This document shows, in pieces, positions 7,650-15,325 of a DNA stretch of 32,000 bases (position 1 is the stretch's first letter; each line of letters begins with the position of its first letter). This stretch comes from Geobacter metallireducens GS-15 (GTDB taxonomy: Bacteria > Desulfobacterota > Desulfuromonadia > Geobacterales > Geobacteraceae): NCBI RefSeq assembly GCF_000012925.1, contig NC_007517.1, positions 1,350,001-1,382,000 of the forward strand. Reading direction: 5' to 3'. The notes under the pieces are model-generated. The model made no database searches. It saw only the letters and a program-made list of their open reading frames with translations, and had not been told where the DNA came from. A program made the position numbers and the translations under genes.

Positions 7650-7800
7650 GGGAGGGGCGGAGCTCTCGCGGAGAAGCGATCCCCGCAAAAAACCACCTCA
7701 GGCATGAGCGGAGGGAAAGCCCCGGGATCAGCTGTTCACGTGCCACGAAGACCGGCTGGTGACGCTGGATCGCTTCGGAGCGAGAGCTCCGCCCCTCCCC
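7650..7800. repeat. 33-bp imperfect inverted repeat enclosing an 84-nt core (structured RNA or miniature palindromic element)
   Basis: The left arm is GGGAGGGGCGGAGCTCTCGCggagAAGCGATCC (7650-7682). The reverse complement of 7767-7799 is GGGAGGGGCGGAGCTCTCGCtccgAAGCGATCC. The arms are identical except for a central 4-nt bubble. Confidence 0.7.
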
Positions 7801-7840
7801 CATGCGCCGACACAATGTGGACATTCCTTCTTTAAATCCC

Positions 7841-7869
7841 TTGAAATTTACTTTAACTAAAATTAACAT
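7841..7869 (+). promoter_or_regulatory. Sigma70-like promoter candidate upstream of gap
   Basis: TTGAAA (7841-7846), a 17-nt spacer, then TAACAT (7864-7869), in an AT-rich patch. It would give a leader of about 190 nt. Confidence 0.4.
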
Positions 7870-8064
7870 ACCTATTGCCTGCTGCTGGGGGCTAGAGGAA
7901 TGTGTTGCTGCGTAAGTTCAGGCTGTTTGGCGCCTGATTGTCGGGCTGTTGCGAACATGAGAATATCTGTTGTTTACTGTGCCTGAATTTTGTAATACTA
8001 GGAGCGCCCTGCACGGGTTGTTCGGCAATCCGCTGCAGGAAACCAACGGAGAAGGAGTTGTTGC

Positions 8065-9510
8065 ATGAACAATCAGATGCAGGTGACCTACCTCAAGGAG
8101 TGGCAACACCTGGAGGAGTGTGCCGAATGCATGCTCCCCCTGATCGGCAAGCTTTACCGCGAGCATAACGTCGTGACCACGGTCTACGGCCGTACGCTCG
8201 TCAACAGTACCACCATCGACATTCTCAAATCCCATCGGTTTGCCCGGCTGATCCTCGATGACGAACTCTCCGTGCTCGACACCTTTCCCATTGTGGAGGC
8301 AATGACGCGGCTCGACCTGGCCCCGGCCCGGGTCGACATCGGCAAGCTGACCGTCCGCTACAAGGCCGAGGGGAGCGGGATCGGCGTGGATGATTTCGCG
8401 CGCCGGGAGCTGGCCTCCGTCAACACCGGCCGCAGCCCCATCCTGAGCGAGCCCCGCGACGTCGTCCTCTACGGTTTCGGCCGCATCGGCCGCCTCCTTG
8501 CCCGAATCCTCGTGGAGAAGGCGGGAAGCGGCGAGAAGCTCCGGATCAGGGCCGCCGTGGTCCGCAAGGGGGGCGCCGACGACCTGGCCAAGCGGGCGAG
8601 TCTCCTGCGCCGCGACTCGGTCCACGGCCATTTCAACGGCATCATCACCTTTGACGAGCAGGAAAACGCCATCATCGCCAACGGCAACATGATCCGCATC
8701 ATCTACGCCGACGCGCCCGAGAACGTGGACTACACCCAGTACGGCATCAAGAACGCCATCCTCATCGACAACACCGGCAAGTGGCGCGACCGCGACGGCC
8801 TCGGCCGGCACCTGAAGGCCAAGGGAATTGACAAGGTCATTCTCACCGCCCCGGGCAAAGGGGACATCCCCAACATCGTGGCCGGTATCAACAACGAGCT
8901 GATCACCCCGGACGAGCATATCTTCTCCGCCGCCAGCTGTACCACCAATGCCATCGTCCCGGTGCTCAAGGCGGTCAATGACCGGTTCGGCATCGTGAGC
9001 GGCCACGTGGAGACCTGCCACTCCTACACCAACGACCAGAACCTCATCGACAACTATCACAAGGCGTCCCGCCGGGGCCGGAGCGCCCCCCTCAACATGG
9101 TCATCACCGAGACCGGCGCCGCCAAGGCCGTGGCCAAGGCGCTTCCGGAGCTGACCGGGAAGCTGACCGGCAACGCCATCCGGGTGCCGACCCCCAACGT
9201 CTCCCTGGCCATCCTCAATCTGGAACTGGGGCAGGAGGCAAGCGTTGCGGAGATCAACGGCTACCTGCGTCAAATCTCCCTTGATTCAGCGCTCCAGAAC
9301 CAGATCGACTACACCAACTCGTCCGAGGTCGTTTCCAGCGATTTTGTCGGCTCGCGCCACGCCGGCGTGGTCGATTCCCTGGCCACCATCTCCCAGGGTA
9401 AGCGCTGCGTCCTCTATGTCTGGTACGATAACGAATTCGGCTACAGCTGCCAGGTGGTACGCATGGTCCAGAAAATGGCCGGGGTGGAACTGCCGTCCGT
9501 GCCGAACTGA
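8065..9510 (+). CDS. gap: Glyceraldehyde-3-phosphate dehydrogenase, long form with an N-terminal extension of about 130 aa
   Basis: The Rossmann motif VVLYGFGRIGR starts near residue 132. The catalytic ASCTTNAIVP and the C-terminal WYDNEFGYS are present. GGAGAAGGAG precedes the ATG. Confidence 0.9.
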   Translation: MNNQMQVTYLKEWQHLEECAECMLPLIGKLYREHNVVTTVYGRTLVNSTTIDILKSHRFARLILDDELSVLDTFPIVEAMTRLDLAPARVDIGKLTVRYKAEGSGIGVDDFARRELASVNTGRSPILSEPRDVVLYGFGRIGRLLARILVEKAGSGEKLRIRAAVVRKGGADDLAKRASLLRRDSVHGHFNGIITFDEQENAIIANGNMIRIIYADAPENVDYTQYGIKNAILIDNTGKWRDRDGLGRHLKAKGIDKVILTAPGKGDIPNIVAGINNELITPDEHIFSAASCTTNAIVPVLKAVNDRFGIVSGHVETCHSYTNDQNLIDNYHKASRRGRSAPLNMVITETGAAKAVAKALPELTGKLTGNAIRVPTPNVSLAILNLELGQEASVAEINGYLRQISLDSALQNQIDYTNSSEVVSSDFVGSRHAGVVDSLATISQGKRCVLYVWYDNEFGYSCQVVRMVQKMAGVELPSVPN

Positions 9511-9536
9511 ACAAGCGACGGCCACATCCTGGTTTG

Positions 9537-9574
9537 CAACAGAAAGGGCATCCCGCGGGGTGCCCTTTCTGTTG
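9537..9574 (+). terminator. Hairpin terminator after gap
   Basis: CAACAGAAAGGGCA-tcccgcgggg-TGCCCTTTCTGTTG, a 14-bp stem. The U-tract after it is weak. Confidence 0.6.
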
Positions 9575-9696
9575 TCCAGAGTCTGGTTTCCCGGTCTTAT
9601 GGTATATGATTTGAGGATTGTAATAACTGCATGTCCATGAAATAATACTTCATTTTTGATCGCCGTACTGTATCCGGACACCCCCGGGAGGAATAG

Positions 9697-11073
9697 ATGC
9701 CGTACCGTCGCCAGGACACTCTCCCCGAAATCGGCCGTTCCGATTCAGAGGCCACGAGATGGAGTGCCGCAAAAATTGTCGTCGTCTATCTCTCGTTCGG
9801 CATTGTCTGGATGCTTGCCACCGTCACCTGGATGGGGTTCGGAGCGGCAATGGTGTGGCAGGCGCTCTTTATCCTGCTGTCCGCCGGTCTGGTGGCAATT
9901 CTTGTGCGTCATCTCACGGGGGAGTTGGAACGGATCCGGAGTCTGCTGCGGGATGGCGAGCGCCGCTACTATCAACTGGCCGAACTCCTGCCACAGCCGG
10001 TCTATGAGGCAGATCCGGACGGACGCATCACCTTCGCCAACCGCAAGGCATTCACGGCCTTCGGTTTTACCGAGGAAGACTTCGCCCAGGGGATAAACAT
10101 TCTGAAAGCAGTTGCTCCCCACGATCAGGACCGGGCCCACCAAAGCCGCGTCGGCCTCCTTGCCGGTGTTCACGATCCAGGAACCGCTACCCAGTATACG
10201 GTCCGCCGCAAGGACGGGAGCACGTTTCCTGCAATCGTCTGCACTGCTCCCCTCATCAGGAGAGGAAACGCCGTCGGCACTTGCGGCGTCGTGGCCGACA
10301 TCAGCGAACAGAAACAGAGAGAAGCGGAGATATCCCGCCTGAACCTGGAACTGGAGCAGCGGGTTCAGGAGCGCACTGCCGAGCTCGCATCGGCCCTGAA
10401 ACACATGGAATCGTTCTCCTATTCCATTTCCCACGACCTGCGGGCACCGCTCTGTGCCATTGAGGGGTTTTCCCGCGTTCTCATTGAGGATTTTGGCGAG
10501 CAACTCCCTCCCCGGATGCTCCTGTACCTTCAGCGAATATCCCACAACGTCCATCGGATGGCCTCCCTCATCGACGACATTCTGGTCTTCTCCCGCTACA
10601 GCCTCTCCCCGCTTCAAAAGCGCCCAGTTCAGATCGCGGACCTGGTACGTGCAATTCTGGATGAACTCCTGAACGGGCAAGACGACCGCCGTGTGCAGGT
10701 GACGGTCGGTGATCTGCCTCCCTGTGAGTCTGATCCGACCCTCCTGCGGCAGGTTCTGTTCAACCTGCTGGACAATGCACTCAAGTATAGCCGCTACCGG
10801 GATCCGGCAATAATTGAGGTCAACGCGGTGATGGACGGACCGGTGCCCGTCTATTTTGTCCGGGACAACGGCGCCGGCTTTGACATGGAATACGTCCACA
10901 AGCTGTTTTCCGTCTTCGAGAGGTTGCATGGGCGGGAGGAGTTCGAGGGAACCGGCGTCGGATTGGCAATTGTGCAGAACATCATCCAGCGGCACGGGGG
11001 CGACGTTTGGGCCGAGGGGGCCGTCGGCCAAGGCTCTACCTTTTACTTTACGCTGCCGTCGGCGCCGAATTGA
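9697..11073 (+). CDS. Membrane-anchored PAS sensor histidine kinase
   Basis: Two N-terminal TM segments, a PAS region (PQPVYEADPDGRITFANRKAF), the H-box SISHDLRAPL, and HATPase_c motifs (LDNALKY, DNGAGF, GTGVGLAIV). GGGAGGA precedes the ATG. Confidence 0.9.
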   Translation: MPYRRQDTLPEIGRSDSEATRWSAAKIVVVYLSFGIVWMLATVTWMGFGAAMVWQALFILLSAGLVAILVRHLTGELERIRSLLRDGERRYYQLAELLPQPVYEADPDGRITFANRKAFTAFGFTEEDFAQGINILKAVAPHDQDRAHQSRVGLLAGVHDPGTATQYTVRRKDGSTFPAIVCTAPLIRRGNAVGTCGVVADISEQKQREAEISRLNLELEQRVQERTAELASALKHMESFSYSISHDLRAPLCAIEGFSRVLIEDFGEQLPPRMLLYLQRISHNVHRMASLIDDILVFSRYSLSPLQKRPVQIADLVRAILDELLNGQDDRRVQVTVGDLPPCESDPTLLRQVLFNLLDNALKYSRYRDPAIIEVNAVMDGPVPVYFVRDNGAGFDMEYVHKLFSVFERLHGREEFEGTGVGLAIVQNIIQRHGGDVWAEGAVGQGSTFYFTLPSAPN

Positions 11074-11074
11074 A

Positions 11075-14000
11075 TTACCGCACCCCTTCCGCCCGCAGCA
11101 GATGCACCGCCCCGGCCTCGTCACCAGTGACGACGGTTTTGCCGTCGGGCGTGATGGCGGCTGGTACCAGCGCACCGTCGCCGGTGAAGGTGGCAAGGGG
11201 CTTAAGTGCCTCCAGGTCCCAGAGGATGAGGCTTCTATCGTCGGAGGCGGAGACGGCCCGGCGGCCGTCGGGGGTGACGGAGACGCTCCATATCTCCCGG
11301 TTGTGGCCCCGCAGGGTGTACATGACCTGGCCGGTGGTGAGGTGCCAGAGTTTCAGGGTCCGGTCGCTGGAGGCGGTGAGAACCCGGAGTCCGTCGGGGA
11401 GGAAGACGCAGTCGTTCACCTGGTCCCGGTGCAGGGGAGGGTAGGGACGGAGGCTTCCGGCGCGGAGGTCCCGGATGATGAAGGTTGGGAAGTGGGCCAC
11501 AAGGGCCAGGAGCGTGCCGTCGGGGGAGACATCGGTAACCCGGGCCGGGGAGGGGAGACCCGTGACGCCGAGGGGCTGGAAGGTTTCCAGGTCCCACTCC
11601 CGCAGGGTGGCGTCCTGACCGGCGGAAAAGGCGCGCCGGCCATCGGGGGTGACCACCACCGACCAGACTTCCGCGTCGTGGCCCCGGAAGACCCATAGTT
11701 CCCGCCGCTCCTCCAGGTCCCAGACCCGCACGGTGCGGTCGTGGGAGGCGGTGACGGCGCGGCGGCCGTCAGGGGTGATGGCCACGTCGCGTACCCAGGT
11801 TTCGTGGCCGGTGAGAGAAAATATCTCGGCGCCGGTGGCGGCTCCCCAGACCTTGATTTTTCGGTCCCAGGAGGCGGTGACGAACCGGTTTCCGGAAGGG
11901 GTGAAGACCGCGGCAGTGACCGTGGCACCGTGGCCGGTGAGTGGCGGCGAGGCAGTGGCGCCGGCCAGATTCCAGACCTTGAGGGTGGTATCCTGGGCGG
12001 CGGAGACGGCGGTGGCGCCGTCGGGCGTTATGGCCGCGGCGCTCACCTTGAAGGTGTGTCCCCGCAGGACCTCCCGCGCCCGGGGTTGCTCCAGGTCCCA
12101 GCGCCTCAGGGTGAAATCCCAGGAGCCCGAGACGATCTCCCGTCCGTCCGGGGAGACCGTGACGGAACTGACCCCATCGGTATGACCGTAGTAGGTCCAG
12201 AGCTCGGTCCCTTCCGCCAAATCCCACCGCTTCAGGGTGCAATCTTCCGAGCCGGAGACGAACTGACGGCCATCGGGGGTCACTGCCACGGCCAGCACCT
12301 GCCGGCTGTGCCCCTCGAAGGCGCGGCGAAGCTCACCGTTTGCAGGATTCCAGGCCTTGATGGTCCGGTCGAAGGAGGCCGAGAGGAGGGTCTGGCCGTC
12401 GGGGGTGACGGCCAGGGCGTTTATCCCGTAAGTATGTCCCCAGATGATTCCCCGCTCCTGGCCGGTTTCCGGGTCCCAGAGCCGCACCACGTTGTCCCAG
12501 GAGCCCGAGGCCAGCCAACTGCCGTCGGGCGCCGCTGCCAGGGAGCTGACCGGCAGGGTGTGTCCCCGTAGGATCAGGAGGCATTCGCCGGTTTCCGTAT
12601 CCCAGAGCCGGACGGTGGCGTCCCGGGAGCCGGAGGCGATCCGTCTGCCGTCCGGAAAGACCGCCACGGCCAACACTTCGGACTCGTGCCCCTTGAGAAC
12701 CATCAGTTCCGCGCCGCTCGCCAGGTCCCAGACCCGCAGCGTCGCGTCGTCGGCAGCAGAGATGGCCCGCCTGCCGTCGGGGGTGATGGCGACACCCCGC
12801 ACCGGATGGGTGTGGGTGCCGAGGATCCGCTCGATGGCCCCCCCAGCCTGATAGAGGGAAGGGGTTGCCGGCTTCAGCCACCCATTGCCCCGGTGGGCTC
12901 CTGCCTGAGTGATGAGCGCCCGGAGTTCCGGTTCCTGCCGCGACAGGAGCCGACCCGTCAGTTGGCCGGCGAACTGGGATTTGTCCACGGCCACGACGCT
13001 TGTCGAAAGCCGCAGGGCATGGGCCAGGTGGGCGATGGCCGGCTCGGGGGGGAGAAGATTCAGATCCGCCAGGAGCGCGGCCACGTCGAGGGCTTGGAGC
13101 TTCGTTTGGAGCCAGGCGAAATCGAAGATAAGGGACCGCAGCACTGCTTCCTTGCCCGCGCCGGCCAGGTGGAAGGGGAGTTCGGCCAGGGGGCGGGGGT
13201 GCTCCGGATTCCACTCTCCGTCGGCACCGTTTTTCCGGGCGCCTGCCCGAAAGTAGCCGGCCAGCCGTTCGTGGGCCTGCCGAAACTGGCTGCTCGGCAG
13301 CGCGGCAGGGGGATCCATGGCCAGGTAGCGGCGGAAGGCGGCAAAGCGGAGCTGCTCGTGGAAGAAGCCGATGAGCCCTCCGCCCCCCTCCTCGCCGGAC
13401 GGGCGGAGAAAAGGCTCCAGGGCGCGGTAAAAGCGGGTCCAGAAGAGAGGTGATGTGGCCTCGCCCCCATCCCTGATGAGGTCGATAATTTCCGGCTCCA
13501 GGAGTCCGTCCCGGGAAACGGCCACGGCCGACAGTGCCGCGGTGGCCAGATCGGCGCCGTGGTCCCGCTCAAGCCGTTCGAGGATCTGGTCGAAGAGCTC
13601 CGTCACCGTCGGCGGCAGGGCCGCGATCCGCTCCGTAAGGGTCTCGAAGTCGCCGTGGCAGCAGAGTTCCTCTAGGGCCGCCACGAGGTAGAGGGGGAGG
13701 GCCGCGTCTGGCCGGGCCGCGGTGTCCAGGAGCAGGGCCTGCTGGGTGGCGGAGAGCCTCTTCCCCCGCCGGGCCAGATGCTCTTCTGCGAGGGTGGCGC
13801 GAGAGTCGGCCGGTAGCGGGGGGAGGATAACGAGGTGATCGGCCGGCAGGCGCTCCGTCAGTCGGTCGAGGCAGGGGCCGGCAAGGGTACTGGCCACCAC
13901 CCTTACCGTTGGCGCCAGGGTTCGGGGAAACCAGTCCAGCCCGTGGCTCCCCCCCAACGGGTCCAGTTGGTTGAGAGCGTCGATGAAAAGCGCCACCGGC

Positions 14001-15325
14001 CGCACTGCCCCGGCAGCGGCCAGGAAGGCGGGGAGCTGGAGTCGCAGCTTGTCGGGGTCGGGAGATGGTTCCAAATCCAGGCGGCAGGCGCGGCGGAGCT
14101 GCTCGCAGAGGGAGCGGAGCATGGCGGTGACCTCCGTGGATCCGGGGGCCGCTCCCACAAACCAGGGGATCACCACCATGTCGGGGGATTTTTCCCGCAA
14201 GCGTTCGACGCAGGCTGCCATAAGTGTCGACTTGCCGCAACCAGGTAAACCGGTAAGTATATATGGTGATTGGTCGCCTTGGTCCTGGATGTACCCCATG
14301 ACCAAGGCTATCCCGTCGTCACGGCCCAGGCAGCGAGCAGCCCGCTCCCGGGCGAATCGCGTGTGCCACGACTGCCCCGTGATCTCTGGGCGCTTCCCAT
14401 TTTTCAGGAGCGGCTCAATGGCCCACCAGAGATCGTTGAGGACCCGGGTCCCGAATTCCTCCATCCCCGTAAGGGCAATGGTGCCGTGGGTAGCCACCGC
14501 CTGGCGGGCCTTCTCGCTGATTATACCCCACTCCTCCGGCTTGATGACACCGTCCTGCAGTGCGCTGCCAGCCTCCGCTGCCGGCAGGAAGAGGGGGTCG
14601 ATCCTGAAACCGCCAAAGCCGGCCCGGTACTGCCGCACGATCAGGTTTGGTCCGGCTGCGGCGCGGAGTTCCTCCCGCAGGCGGGACAGCCGCTGTTGAG
14701 CCTCGGTCTCGGGCTCCGTAAAGATCGGAATGCAGGCTGGGGGGAATGCGGAGTGGCGATGGATTCCCTCGGAGCGGAGAAAGATGAGGGCTTTCCCCTG
14801 GGCGAGGCTGCGGTTGAGTGCGCCGTGCCTCATCTCAAGGGCCGTCGCCGACTCCCCGGCGCCGAGGAGTCCGGCTCGCTGCCAGAGGCGGGTGAGGGTA
14901 TCGGCCGTTTCCGGGGAGATTGCCGCGTCTCTCCGGAGCCGGAAACGGGCCGGCAGCGTGGTCCGGTCCCACTGGTAGCAGGCGTCCACAAGGGTGATCT
15001 CCTCCTCGCTCAACTGTCCACTGTCCCGCACCGCGGCAAAGAGCTCCGCCGGCACCTTCTCCGGAGGCGGCACCCAGCCGTATCGCTCGCCCAGGAGCCC
15101 CAGGAAGAGGTCACAGTGTTCGATCTCGTCGAGGCAGACCGAGAGTGCCCCCCGTTGCCGGGACTCCTCCTCCGTCACCCCCCAGCGGAGATCCACCCCC
15201 ACGAACTCCGCACCCCGCCGCCGGCAGCGGCTCCGCAGTTCCGGAAAGACGACCCGGTTCAGCCAGTCCCGCTCCGCGTGCATGTCGCGGAAGGTGGAGG
15301 ATATGAAGAGGCGGATGATTTTCAT
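11075..15325 (-). CDS. STAND/NLR-like NTPase: DUF4062-like N-terminal domain, NACHT P-loop, 14 WD40 repeats (1416 aa)
   Basis: The N-terminus MKIIRLFISSTFRDMHAERDWL...VDLRWGV carries the SST signature of DUF4062. Walker A is GLPGCGKST at nt 14225-14251 (K365 codon checked at 14231-14233). Walker B is ALFIDALNQLD. Residues 838-1416 form fourteen 42-aa WD units (LRVWDLASG, VRLWDTETG and so on). The ATG overlaps the stop of the upstream gene. Confidence 0.9.
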   Translation of the reverse strand: MKIIRLFISSTFRDMHAERDWLNRVVFPELRSRCRRRGAEFVGVDLRWGVTEEESRQRGALSVCLDEIEHCDLFLGLLGERYGWVPPPEKVPAELFAAVRDSGQLSEEEITLVDACYQWDRTTLPARFRLRRDAAISPETADTLTRLWQRAGLLGAGESATALEMRHGALNRSLAQGKALIFLRSEGIHRHSAFPPACIPIFTEPETEAQQRLSRLREELRAAAGPNLIVRQYRAGFGGFRIDPLFLPAAEAGSALQDGVIKPEEWGIISEKARQAVATHGTIALTGMEEFGTRVLNDLWWAIEPLLKNGKRPEITGQSWHTRFARERAARCLGRDDGIALVMGYIQDQGDQSPYILTGLPGCGKSTLMAACVERLREKSPDMVVIPWFVGAAPGSTEVTAMLRSLCEQLRRACRLDLEPSPDPDKLRLQLPAFLAAAGAVRPVALFIDALNQLDPLGGSHGLDWFPRTLAPTVRVVASTLAGPCLDRLTERLPADHLVILPPLPADSRATLAEEHLARRGKRLSATQQALLLDTAARPDAALPLYLVAALEELCCHGDFETLTERIAALPPTVTELFDQILERLERDHGADLATAALSAVAVSRDGLLEPEIIDLIRDGGEATSPLFWTRFYRALEPFLRPSGEEGGGGLIGFFHEQLRFAAFRRYLAMDPPAALPSSQFRQAHERLAGYFRAGARKNGADGEWNPEHPRPLAELPFHLAGAGKEAVLRSLIFDFAWLQTKLQALDVAALLADLNLLPPEPAIAHLAHALRLSTSVVAVDKSQFAGQLTGRLLSRQEPELRALITQAGAHRGNGWLKPATPSLYQAGGAIERILGTHTHPVRGVAITPDGRRAISAADDATLRVWDLASGAELMVLKGHESEVLAVAVFPDGRRIASGSRDATVRLWDTETGECLLILRGHTLPVSSLAAAPDGSWLASGSWDNVVRLWDPETGQERGIIWGHTYGINALAVTPDGQTLLSASFDRTIKAWNPANGELRRAFEGHSRQVLAVAVTPDGRQFVSGSEDCTLKRWDLAEGTELWTYYGHTDGVSSVTVSPDGREIVSGSWDFTLRRWDLEQPRAREVLRGHTFKVSAAAITPDGATAVSAAQDTTLKVWNLAGATASPPLTGHGATVTAAVFTPSGNRFVTASWDRKIKVWGAATGAEIFSLTGHETWVRDVAITPDGRRAVTASHDRTVRVWDLEERRELWVFRGHDAEVWSVVVTPDGRRAFSAGQDATLREWDLETFQPLGVTGLPSPARVTDVSPDGTLLALVAHFPTFIIRDLRAGSLRPYPPLHRDQVNDCVFLPDGLRVLTASSDRTLKLWHLTTGQVMYTLRGHNREIWSVSVTPDGRRAVSASDDRSLILWDLEALKPLATFTGDGALVPAAITPDGKTVVTGDEAGAVHLLRAEGVR
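11078..12814 (-). repeat. Coding tandem array: 14 WD40 units of 42 aa (126 nt), enough for two 7-bladed propellers
   Basis: The (T/S)PDG-coding motif (tcgggg/tcaggg/tccggg on the + strand) recurs at 11643, 11769, 12021, 12147, 12273, 12399 and 12777. All spacings are multiples of 126 nt. Confidence 0.85.

Noticed and set aside
7683-7766. Calling the core of the inverted-repeat element a GEMM-I cyclic-dinucleotide riboswitch
   Set aside because: Only partial resemblance exists (GCAAA..CC and AAAGCC-CCGGG). The conserved ACGCA segment and GNRA loop/receptor features are missing, and the element is not obviously in a 5' UTR. It is left as a test to run with Infernal rather than a call.
7918-9273. 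451-aa minus-strand ORF overlapping gap
   Set aside because: It is antisense to a well-supported GAPDH gene. The composition is typical of a GC-rich shadow frame, and no start context or motif is present.
9745-11196. 483-aa minus-strand ORF overlapping the PAS histidine kinase
   Set aside because: It is antisense to a kinase with complete H-box and ATPase motifs. It would also overlap the STAND gene end, and it has no recognisable domain.
11078-12814. Regular 126-nt periodic repeats considered as a CRISPR-like or satellite array
   Set aside because: The periodicity is fully explained by in-frame WD40 coding units. There are no identical short repeats separated by unique spacers.
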